Made by a program: the position numbers and the translations under genes. DNA of 64,000 nucleotides, taken from the NCBI GenBank assembly GCA_051362555.1, contig CM120643.1, positions 29,888,848 through 29,952,847 of the forward strand. Reading direction: 5' to 3'. The notes beneath the pieces are model-generated. The model was not told where the DNA came from. It did not search any database and saw only the letters and a list, made by a program, of their open reading frames with translations. Positions within the stretch are counted from its first letter, which is position 1. Each line of letters begins with the position of its first letter. This DNA is from Lingula anatina. Lineage: Eukaryota > Animalia > Brachiopoda. Positions 1-13,404 of this stretch are shown here, piece by piece.

Positions 1-3000
1 CCACTACAACAGTGGAGAGTACTACTACAACTGAACAGCCAACTACCACTGCTGAGGTAACAACTACTGAGGTAGCCACTACAACAGTGGAGAGCACTAC
101 TACAACTGAACAGCCAACTACCACTGCTGATGTAACAACTACTGAAGCTGCCACTACAACAGTGGAGAGTACCACTACAACTGAACAGCCAACTACCACT
201 GCTGAGGTAACAACTACTGAGGCAGCCACTACAACAGTGGAGAGTACTACTACAACTGAACAGCCAACTACCACTGCTGATGTAACAACTACTGAAGCTG
301 CCACTACAACAGTGGAAAGTACTACTACAACTGAACAGCCAACTACCACTGCTGAGGTTACAACTACTGAAGCAGCCACTACAACAGTGGAGAGTACTAC
401 TACAACTGAACAGCCAACTACCACTGCTGAGGTTACAACTACTGAAGCAGCCACTACAACATTAGAGAGTACTACTACAACTGAACAGCCAACTACCACT
501 GCTGAGGTAACAACTACTGAAGCAGGAACCACAACAGTAGAGAGTACTACTACAACTGAACAGCCTACTACCACTGCTGAGGTAACAACTACTGAGGCAG
601 CCACTACAACAGTGGAGAGTACTACTACAACTGAACAGCCAACTACCACTGCTGAGGTAACAACAACTGAAGCAGCCACTACAACAGTAGAGAGTACTAC
701 TACAACTGAACAGCCTACTACCACTGCTGAGGTAACAACTACTGAGGCAGCCACTACAACAGTGGAGAGTACTACTACAACTGAACAGCCAACTACCACT
801 GCTGAGGTAACAACAACTGAAGCAGCCACTACAACAGTAGAGAGTACTACTACAACTGAACAGCCAACTACCACTGTTGATGTAACAACTACTGAAGCTG
901 CCACTACAACAGTGGAGAGTACTACTACAACTGAACAGCCAACTACCACTGCTGAGGTAACAACTACTGAGGCAGCCACTACAACAGTGGAGAGTACTAC
1001 TACAACTGAACAGCCAACTACCACTGCTGATGTAACAACTACTGAAGCTGCCACTACAACAGTGGAGAGTACTATTACAACTGAACAGCCAACTACCACT
1101 GCTGAGGTAACAACTACTGAAGCAGCCACTACAACAATTGAGAGAAGTACTACAACTGAACAGCCAACTACCACTGCTGAGGTAACAACTACTGAAGCAG
1201 CCACTACAACAGTAGAGAGTACTACTACAACTGAACAGCCAACTACCACTGCTGAGGTAACAACTACTGGAGCAGCCACTACAACAGTAGAGAGTACTAG
1301 TACAACTGAACAGCCAACTACCACTGCTGAGGTTACAACTACTGAAGCAGCCACCACAACAGTAGAGAGTACTACTACAACTGAACAGCCAACTACCACT
1401 GCTGAGGTTACAACTACTGAAGCAGCCACTACAACAGTAGAGAGTACTACTACAACTGAACAGCGAACTACCACTACTGATGTAACAACTACTGAAGCAG
1501 ACACTACAACAGTAGAGAGCACTACTACAACTGAAGAGCCAAGTACCACTGCTGAGGTTACAACTACTGAAGCAGCCACTACAAAAGTAGAGAGCACTAC
1601 TACAACTGAACAGCCAACTACCACTGCTGAGGTTACAACTACTGAAGCAGCCACTACAACAGTAGAGAGCACTACTACAACTGAACAGCCAACTACCACT
1701 GCTGATGTTACAACTACTGAAGCAGGAACCACAACAGTAGAGAGCACTACGACAACTGAACAGCCAACTACCACTGCTGAGGTTACAACTACTGAAGCAG
1801 GAACCACAACAGTAGAGAGTACTACTACAACTGAACAGCCAACTACCACTGCTGAGGTTACAACTACTGAAGCAGCCACTACAACAGTAGAGAATACTAC
1901 TACAATTGAACAACCAACTACCACTGCTGAGGTTACAACTACTGAAGCAGCCACTACAACAGTAGAGAGTACTACTACAACTGAACAGCCATCTACCACT
2001 TCTGAGGTAAGAACTACTGAAGCAGCCACTACAACAGTAGAGAGAACCACAACAGTAGAGAGTACTACTACAACTGAACAGCCAACTACCACTGCTGAGG
2101 TAACAACTACTAAAGCAGCCACTACAACAGTAGAGAGTATTACTACAACTGAACAACCAACTGCCACTGCTGAAGTAACAACTACTGTAGCAGGAACCAC
2201 AACAGGAGAGCGTACTACTACAACTGAACAGCAAACTACCACTGCTGAGGTAACAACTACTGAAGAGGCCACTACAACAGTAGAGAGTACTACTATAACT
2301 GAACAGCCAACTACCACTGCTGAGGTAACAACTACTGAAGCAGCCACTACAACAGTACAGAGTACTACTACAACTGAACAGTCAACTACCACTGCTGAGG
2401 TTACAACTACTGAAGCAGCCACTACAACAGTAGAGAGTACTACTACAACTGAACAGCCATCTACCACTGCTGAGGTAACAACTACTGAAGCAGCCACTAC
2501 AACAGTGGAGAGTACTACTACAACTGAACTGCTAACTACCACTGCTGAGGTAACAACTACTGAGGTAGCCACTACAACAGTGGAGAGCACTACTACAACT
2601 GAACAGCCAACTACCACTGCTGATGTAACAACTACTGAAGCTGCCACTACAACAGTGGAGAGTACCACTACAACTGAACAGCCAACTACCACTTCTGAGG
2701 TAACAACTACTGAAGCAGCCACCACAACAGTAGAGAGTACTACTACAACTGAACTGCCAACTACCACTGCTGAGGAAACAACTACTGAAGCAGCCACTAC
2801 AACAGTAGAGAGTACTACTACAACTGAACTGCCAACTACCACTGCTGAGGTTACAACTACTGAAGCAGCCACTACAACAGTAGAGAGTACTACTACAACT
2901 GAACAGCCAACTACCACTGCTGAGGTTACAACTTCTGAAGCAGCCACTACAACAGTAGAGAGTACTACTACAACTGAACCCCCAACTACCACTGCTGAGG

Positions 3001-6000
3001 TTACAACTACTGAAGCAGCCACTACAACAGTAGAGAGTACTACTGCAACTGAACAGTCAACTACCACTGCTGAGGTTACAACAACTGAAGCAGCCACCAC
3101 AACAGTAGAGAGTACTACTACAACTGAACAGCCAACTACCACTGCTGAGGTAACAACTACTGAAGCAGCCACCACAACAATAGAGAGTACTACTACAACT
3201 GAACAGCCAACTACCACTGCTGAGGTAACAACTACTGAAGCAGCCACCACAACAGTAGAGAGTACTACTACAACTGAACAGCCAACTACCACTGCTGAGG
3301 TAACAACTACTGAAGCATCCACTACAACAGTAGAGAGTACTACTACAACTGAACTGCCAACTACCACTGCTGAGGTAACAACTACTGAAGCAGGCACTAC
3401 AACAGTAGAGAGTACTACTACAACTGAACAGCCAACTACCACTGCTGAGGTTACAACTTCTGAAGCAGCCACTACAACAGTAGAGAGTACTACTACAACT
3501 GAACAGCCAACTACCACTGCTGAGGTTACAACTACTGAAGCAGGAACCACAACAGTAGAGAGTACTACTACAACTGAACAGCCAACTACCACTGCTGAGG
3601 TTACAACTACTGAAGCAGCCACTACAACAGTAGAGAGTACTACTACAACTGAACAACCAACTACCACTGCTGAGGTTACAACTACTGAAGCAGCCACTAC
3701 AACAGTAGAGAGCACTACTACAACTGAAGAGCCAACTACCACTGCTGAGGTTACAACTACTGAAGCAGCCACTACAAAAGTAGGGAGCACTACTACAACT
3801 GAACAGCCAACTACCACTGCTGAGGTTACAACTACTGAAGCAGCCACTACAACAGTAGAGAGCACTACTACAACTGAACATCCAACTACCACTGCTGATG
3901 TTACAACTACTGAAGCAGGAACCACAACAGTAGAGAGCACTACTACAACTGAACAGCCAACTACCACTGCTGAGGTTACAACTACTGAAGCAGGAACCAC
4001 AACAGTAGAGAGTACTACTACAACTGAACAGCCAACTACCACTGCTGAGGTTACAACTACTGAAGCAGCCACTACAACAGTAGAGAGTACTACAACAACT
4101 GAACAACCAACTACCACTGCTGAGGTTACAACTACTGAAGCAGCCACTACAACAGTAGAGAGTACTACTACAACTGAACAGCCATCTACCACTGCTGAGG
4201 TAAGAACTACTGAAGCAGCCACTACAACAGTAGAGAGAACCACAACAGTAGAGAGTACTACTACAACTGAACAGCCAACTACCACTGCTGAGGTAACAAC
4301 TACTAAAGCAGCCACTACAACAGTAGAGAGTATTACTACAACTGAACAACCAACTGCCACTGCTGAAGTAACAACTACTGTAGCAGGAACCACAACAGGA
4401 GAGCGTACTACTACAACTGAACAGCAAACTACCACTGCTGAGGTAACAACTACTGAAGAGGCCACTACAACAGTAGAGAGTACTACTACAACTGAACTGC
4501 CAACTACCACTGCTGAGGAAACAACTACTGAAGCAGCCACTACAACAGTAGAGAGTACTACTACAACTGAACTGCCAACTACCACTGCTGAGGTTACAAC
4601 TACTGAAGCAGCCACTACAACAGTAGAGAGTACTACTACAACTGAACAGCCAACTACCACTGCTGAGGTTACAACTTCTGAAGCAGCCACTACAACAGTA
4701 GAGAGTACTACTACAACTGAACCCCCAACTACCACTGCTGAGGTTACAACTACTGAAGCAGCCACTACAACAGTAGAGAGTACTACTGCAACTGAACAGT
4801 CAACTACCACTGCTGAGGTTAAAACAACTGAAGCAGCCACCACAACAGTAGAGAGTACTACTACAACTGAACAGCCAACTACCACTGCTGAGGTAACAAC
4901 TACTGAAGCAGCCACCACAACAATAGAAAGTACTACTACAACTGAACAGCCAACTACCACTGCTGAGGTAACAACTACTGAAGCAGCCACCACAACAGTA
5001 GAGAGTACTACTACAACTGAACAGCCAACTACCACTGCTGAGGTAACAACTACTGAAGCAGCCACTACAACAGTAGAGAGTACTACTACAACTGAACTGC
5101 CAACTACCACTGCTGAGGTAACAACTACTGAAGCAGGCACTACAACAGTAGAGAGTACTACTACAACTGAACAGCCAACTACCACTGCTGAGGTTACAAC
5201 TTCTGAAGCAGCCACTACAACAGTAGAGAGTACTACTACAACTGAACCCCCAACTACCACTGCTGAGGTTACAACAACTGAAGCAGCCACTACAATAGTA
5301 GAGAGTACTACTACAACTGAACAGTCAACTACCACTGCTGAGGTTACAACAACTGAAGCAGCCACTACAACAGTAGAGAGTACTACTACAACTGAACAGC
5401 CAACTACCACTGCTGATGTTACAACTACTGAAGCAGCCACTACAACAGTAGAGAGTACTACTACAACTGAACTGCCAACTACCACTGCTGAGGTTACAAC
5501 AACTGAAGCAGCCACCACAACAATAGAGAGTACTACTACAACTGAACAGCCAACTACCACTGCTGAGGTAACAACTACTGAAGCAGCCACTACAACAGTA
5601 GAGAGTACTACTACAACTGAACAGCCAACTACCACTGCTGAGGTAACAACTACTGAAGCAGCCACTACAACAGTAGAGAGTACTACTACAACTGAACTGC
5701 CAACTACCACTGCTGAGGTAACAACTACTGAAGCAGGCACTACAACAGTAGAGAGTACTACTACAACTGAACAGCCAACTACCACTGCTGAGGTAACAAC
5801 TACTGAAGCAGCCACTACAACAGTAGAGAGTACTACTACAACTGAACCCCCAACTACCACTGCTGAGGTTACAACAACTGAAGCAGCCACTACAACAGTA
5901 GAGAGTACTACTACAACTGAACAGCCATCTACCACTGCTGAGGTAACAACAACTGAAGCAGTCACTATAACAGTAGAGAGAACCACAACAGTAGAGAGTA

Positions 6001-9000
6001 CTACTTCAACTGAACAGCCAACTACCACTGCTGAGGTTACAACTAATGAAGCAGCCACTACAACAGTAGAGAGTACTACTACAACTGAACAGCCAACTAC
6101 CACTGCTGAGGTAACAACTACTGAAGCAGCCACCACAACAGTAGAGAGTACTACTACAACTGAACAGCCAACTACCACTGCTGACGTAACAACTACTGAA
6201 GCTGCCACTATATCAGTAGAGAGTACTACTACAACTGAACTGCCAACTACCACTGCTGAGGTAACAACTACTGAAGCAGCCACTACAACAGTAGAGAGTA
6301 CTACTACAACTGAACAGCCAACTACCACTGCTGAGGTTACAACTACTGAAGCAGCCACTACAACAGTAGAGAGTACTACTACAACTGAACCCCCAACTAC
6401 CACTGCTGAGGTTACAACAACTGAAGCAGCCACTACAACAGTAGAGAGTACTACTACAACTGAACAGTCAACTACCACTGCTGAGGTTACAACAACTGAA
6501 GCAGCCACTACAACAGTAGAGAGTACTACTACAACTGAACAGCCAACTACCACTGCTGAGGTTACAACTACTGAAGCAGCCACCACAACAGTAGAAAGTA
6601 CTACTACAACTGAACAGCCAACTACCACTGCTGAGGTAACAACTACTGAAGCAGCCACCACAACAATAGAGAGTACTACTACAACTGAACAGCCAACTAC
6701 CACTGCTGAGGTTACAACTACTGAAGCAGCCACTACAACAGTAGAGAGTACTACTACAACTGAACTGCCAACTACCACTGCTGAGGTTACAACTTCTGAA
6801 GCAGCCACTACAACAGTAGAGAGTACTACTACAACTGAACAGCCAACTACCACTGCTGAGGTTACAACTACTGAAGCAGCCACTACAACAGTAGAGAGTA
6901 CTACTGCAACTGAACAGTCAACTACCACTGCTGAGGTTAAAACAACTGAAGCAGCCACTACAACAGTAGAGAGTACTACTACAACTGAACAGCCAACTAC
7001 CACTGCTGAGGTAACAACTACTGAAGCAGCCACCACAACAATAGAGAGTACTACTACAACTGAACAGCCATCTACCACTGCTGAGGTAAGAACTACTGAA
7101 GCAGCCACTACAACAGTAGAGAGAACCACAACAGTAGAGAGTACTACTACAACTGAACAGCCAACTACCACTGCTGAGGTAACAACTACTAAAGCAGCCA
7201 CTACAACAGTAGAGAGTATTACTACAACTGAACAACCAACTGCCACTGCTGAAGTAACAACTACTGTAGCAGGAACCACAACAGGAGAGCGTACTACTAC
7301 AACTGAACAGCAAACTACCACTGCTGAGGTAACAACTACTGAAGAGGCCACTACAACAGTAGAGAGTACTACTACAACTGAACTGCCAACTACCACTGCT
7401 GAGGAAACAACTACTGAAGCAGCCACTACAACAGTAGAGAGTACTACTACAACTGAACTGCCAACTACCACTGCTGAGGTTACAACTACTGAAGCAGCCA
7501 CTACAACAGTAGAGAGTACTACTACAACTGAACAGCCAACTACCACTGCTGAGGTTACAACTTCTGAAGCAGCCACTACAACAGTAGAGAGTACTACTAC
7601 AACTGAACCCCCAACTACCACTGCTGAGGTTACAACTACTGAAGCAGCCACTACAACAGTAGAGAGTACTACTGCAACTGAACAGTCAACTACCACTGCT
7701 GAGGTTACAACAACTGAAGCAGCCACCACAACAGTAGAGAGTACTACTACAACTGAACAGCCAACTACCACTGCTGAGGTAACAACTACTGAAGCAGCCA
7801 CCACAACAATAGAGAGTACTACTACAACTGAACAGCCAACTACCACTGCTGAGGTAACAACTACTGAAGCAGCCACCACAACAGTAGAGAGTATTACTAC
7901 AACTGAACAGCCAACTACCACTGCTGAGGTAACAACTACTGAAGCAGCCACTACAACAGTAGAGAGTACTACTACAACTGAACTGCCCACTACCACTGCT
8001 GAGGTAACAACTACTGAAGCAGGCACTACAACAGTAGAGAGTACTACTACAACTGAACCCCCAACTACCACTGCTGAGGTTACAACAACTGAAGCAGCCA
8101 CTACAACAGTAGAGAGTACTACTACAACTGAACTGCCCACTACCACTGCTGAGGTAACAACTACTGAAGCAGGCACTACAACAGTAGAGAGTACTACTAC
8201 AACTGAACAGCCAACTACCACTGCTGAGGTAACAACTACTGAAGCAGCCACCACAACAATAGAGAGTACTACTACAACTGAACAGCCAACTACCACTGCT
8301 GAGGTAACAACTACTGAAGCAGCCACCACAACAGTAGAGAGTATTACTACAACTGAACAGCCAACTACCACTGCTGAGGTAACAACTACTGAAGCAGCCA
8401 CTACAACAGTAGAGAGTACTACTACAACTGAACTGCCCACTACCACTGCTGAGGTAACAACTACTGAAGCAGGCACTACAACAGTAGAGAGTACTACTAC
8501 AACTGAACAGCCAACTACCACTGCTGAGGTTACAACTACTGAAGCAGCCACTACAACAGTAGAGAGTACTACTACAACTGAACAGCCAACTACCACTGCT
8601 GAGGTTACAACTTCTGAAGCAGCCACTACAACAGTAGAGAGTACTACTACAACTGAACCCCCAACTACCACTGCTGAGGTTACAACTACTGAAGCAGCCA
8701 CTACAACAGTAGAGAGTACTACTGCAACTGAACAGTCAACTACCACTGCTGAGGTTACAACAACTGAAGCAGCCACCACAACAGTAGAGAGTACTACTAC
8801 AACTGAACAGCCAACTACCACTGCTGAGGTAACAACTACTGAAGCAGCCACCACAACAATAGAGAGTACTACTACAACTGAACAGCCAACTACCACTGCT
8901 GAGGTAACAACTACTGAAGCAGCCACCACAACAGTAGAGAGTATTACTACAACTGAACAGCCAACTACCACTGCTGAGGTAACAACTACTGAAGCAGCCA

Positions 9001-12000
9001 CTACAACAGTAGAGAGTACTACTACAACTGAACTGCCCACTACCACTGCTGAGGTAACAACTACTGAAGCAGGCACTACAACAGTAGAGAGTACTACTAC
9101 AACTGAACAGCCAACTACCACTGCTGAGGTTACAACTTCTGAAGCAGCCACTACAACAGTAGAGAGTACTACTACAACTGAACCCCCAACTACCACTGCT
9201 GAGGTTACAACAACTGAAGCAGCCACTACAATAGTAGAGAGTACTACTACAACTGAACAGTCAACTACCACTGCTGAGGTTACAACAACTGAAGCAGCCA
9301 CTACAACAGTAGAGAGTACTACTACAACTGAACAGCCAACTACCACTGCTGAGGTTACAACAACTGAAGCAGCCACCACAACAGTAGAGAGTACTACTAC
9401 AACTGAACAGCCAACTACCACTGCTGAGGTAACAACTACTGAAGCAGCCACTACAACAGTAGAGAGTACTACTACAACTGAACTGCCAACTACCACTGCT
9501 GAGGTTACAACAACTGAAGCAGCCACCACAACAATAGAGAGTACTACTACAACTGAACAGCCAACTACCACTGCTGAAGTAACAACTACTGAAGCAGCCA
9601 CTACAACAGTAGAGAGTACTACTACAACTAAACAGCCAACTACCACTGCTGAGGTAACAACTACTGAAGCAGCCACTACAACAGTAGAGAGTACTACTAC
9701 AACTGAACTGCCAACTACCACTGCTGAGGTAACAACTACTGAAGCAGGCACTACAACAGTAGAGAGTACTACTACAACTGAACAGCCAACTACCACTGCT
9801 GAGGTAAGAACTACTGAAGCAGCCACTACAACAGTAGAGAGAACCACAACAGTAGAGAGTACTACTACAACTGAACAGCCAACTACCACTGCTGAGGTTA
9901 CAACTACTGAAGCAGCCACCACAACAGTAGAGAGTACTACTACAACTGAACAGCCAACTACCACTGCTGAGGTAACAACTACTGAAGCAGCCACTACAAC
10001 AGTAGAGAGTACTACTACAACTGAACTGCCAACTACCACTGCTGAGGTTACAACAACTGAAGCAGCCACCACAACAATAGAGAGTACTACTACAACTGAA
10101 CAGCCAACTACCACTGCTGAGGTAACAACTACTGAAGCAGCCACTACAACAGTAGAGAGTACTACTACAACTGAACTGCCAACTACCACTGCTGAGGTAA
10201 CAACTACTGAAGCAGGCACTACAACAGTAGAGAGTACTACTACAACTGAACAGCCAACTACCACTGCTGAGGTAACAACTACTGAAGCAGCCACTACAAC
10301 AGTAGAGAGTACTACTACAACTGAACCCCCAACTACCACTGCTGAGGTTACAACAACTGAAGCAGCCACTACAACAGTAGAGAGTACTACTACAACTGAA
10401 CAGTCAACTACCACTGCTGAGGTTACAACAACTGAAGCAGCCACCACAACAGTAGAGAGTACTACTACAACTGAACAGCCAACTACAACTGCTGAGGTTA
10501 GAACTACTGAAGCAGCCACTACAACAGTAGAGAGTACTACTACAACTGAACAGCCAACTACCACTGCTGAGGTTACAACTACTGAAGCAGCAACTACAAC
10601 AGTAGGGAGTACTACTACCACTGAACAGCCAACTACCACTGCTGAAGTTACAACTACTGAAGCAGCCACTACAACAGTAGAGAGCACTACTACAACTGAA
10701 CAGCCAACTACCACTGCTGAAGTTACAACTACTGAAGCAGCCACAACAACAGTAGAGAGCACTACTACAACTGAACAGCGAACTACCACTGCTGAGGTAA
10801 CAACTACTGAAGCAGCCACTACAACAGTAGAGAGCACTACTTCAACTGAACAGCCAACTACCACTGCTGAGGTTACAACTAATGAAGCAGCCACTACAAC
10901 AGTAGAGAGTACTACTACAACTGAACAGCCAACTACCACTGCTGAGGTTACAACTACTGAAGCAGCCACTACAACAGTAGAGAGTACTACTACAACTGAA
11001 CAGCCAACTACCACTGCTGAGGTTACAACTACTGAAGCAGCCACTACAACAGTAGAGAGTACTACTACAACTGAACAGCCAACTACCACTGCTGAAGTTA
11101 CAACTACTGAAGCAGCCACAACAACAGTAGAGAGCACTACTACAACTGAACAGCGAACTACCACTGCTGAGGTAACAACTACTGAAGCAGCCACTACAAC
11201 AGTAGAGAGCACTACTTCAACTGAACAGCCAACTACCACTGCTGAGGTTACAACTAATGAAGCAGCCACTACAACAGTAGAGAGTACTACTACAACTGAA
11301 CAGCCAACTACCACTGCTGAGGTTACAACTACTGAAGCAGCCACTACAACAGTAGAGAGTACTACTACAACTGAACAGCCAACTACCACTGCTGAGGTTA
11401 CAACTACTGAAGCAGCCACTACAACAGTAGAGAGTACTACTACAACTGAACAGCCAACTACCACTGCTGAGGTTACAACTACTGAAGCAGCCACTACAAC
11501 AGTAGAGAGTACTACGACAACTGAACAGCCAACTACCACTGCTGAGGTTACAACTACTGAAGCAGCCACTACAACAGTAGAGAGTACTACTACAACTGAA
11601 CAGCCAACTACCACTGCTGAGGTTACAACTACTGAAGCAGCCACTACAACAGTAGAGAGTACTACTACAACTGAACAGCCAACTACCACTGCTGAGGTTA
11701 CAACTACTGAAGCAGCCACTATAACAGTAGAGAGTACTACTACAACTGAACAGCCAACTACCACTGCTGAGGTTACAACTACTGAAGCAGCCACTACATC
11801 AGTAGAGAGTACTACTACAACTGATCAGCCAACTACCACTGCTGAGGTTACAACTACTGAAGCAGCCACTACAACAGTAGAGAGTACTACTACAACTGAA
11901 CATCCAACTACCACTGCTGAGGTAACAACTACTGAAGCAGCCACTACAACAGTAGAGAGTACTACTACAACTGAACAGCCAACTACCACTGCTGAGGTAA

Positions 12001-13305
12001 CAACTACTGAAGCTGCCACTACATCAGTAGAGAGTACTACTACAACTGAACAGCCAAGTACCACTGCTGAGGTTACAACTACTGAAGCAGCCACTACATC
12101 AGTAGAGAGTACTACTACAACTGAACAGCCAGCTACCACTGCTGAGGTTACAACTACTGAAGCAGCCACTACAACAGTAGAGAGTACTACTACAACTGAA
12201 CAGCCATCTACCACTGCTGAGGTAACAACTACTGAAGCAGTCACTATAACAGTAGAGAGAACTACAACAGTAGAGAGCACTACTTCAACTGAACAGCCAA
12301 CTACCACTGCTGAGGTTACAACTAATGAAGCAGCCACTACAACAGTAGAGAGTACTACTACAACTGAACAGCCAACTACCACTGCTGAGGTTACAACTAC
12401 TGAAGCAGCCACTACAACAGTAGAGAGTACTACTACAACTGAACAGCCAACTACCACTGCTGAGGTTACAACTACTGAAGCAGCCACTACAACAGTAGAG
12501 AGTACTACTACAACTGAACAGCCATCTACCACTGCTGAGGTAACAACTACTGAAGCAGTCACTATAACAGTAGAGAGAACCACAACAGTAGAGAGTACTA
12601 CTTCAACTGAACAGCCAACTACCACTGCTGAGGTTACAACTAATGAAGCAGCCACTACAACAGTAGAGAGTACTACTACAACTGAACAGCCAACTACCAC
12701 TGCTGAGGTAACAACTACTGAAGCAGCCACCACAACAGTAGAGAGTACTACTACAACTGAACAGCCAACTACCACTGCTGACGTAACAACTACTGAAGCT
12801 GCCACTATATCAGTAGAGAGTACAACTACAACTGAAAAGCCAACTACCACTGCAGAGGTTACAACTACTGAAACAGCCACTACAACAGTAGAGAGCACTA
12901 CTACAACTGAACAGCCAACTACCACTGCTGAGGTAACAACTACTGAAGCAGCCACCACAACAGTAGAGAGTACTACTACAACTGAACAGCCAACTACCAC
13001 TGCTGAGGTTACAACTACTGAAGCAGCCACTACAACAGTAGAGAGTACTACTACAACTGAACAGCCAACTACCACTGCTGAGGTTACAACTACTGAAGCA
13101 GCCACTACAACAGTAGAGAGTACTACTACAACTGAACAGCCAACTACCACTGCTGAGGTAACAACTACTGAAGCAGCCACCACAATAGTAGAGAGTACTA
13201 CTACAACTGAACAGCCAACTACCACTGCTGAGGTAACAACTACTGAAGCAGCCACTACAACAGTAGAGAGTACAACTACAACTGAAAAACCAACCACCAC
13301 TGCTG
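1..13305 (+). repeat. Coding VNTR, 75-bp / 25-aa unit ([25 protein letters not shown]), about 175 units in the window
   Basis: Period seen directly; occasional 18-bp in-frame insertions (VERTTT). Confidence 0.98.
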
Positions 13306-13404
13306 ACATGACTACCAGTACTCCTGATGCTTGCTCAAGCTCTCCATGTGTGAATGGGACATGCATATCAAGTGGGATATCATACATGTGTGCCTGCTTG
13401 CCAG
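1..13404 (+). CDS. Giant mucin exon: Thr/Glu-rich PTS domain plus first part of an EGF domain
   Basis: Uninterrupted ORF of >4400 codons ending in [26 protein letters not shown], then a phase-1 donor ccag|gtgggt at 13404/13405. Confidence 0.93.
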
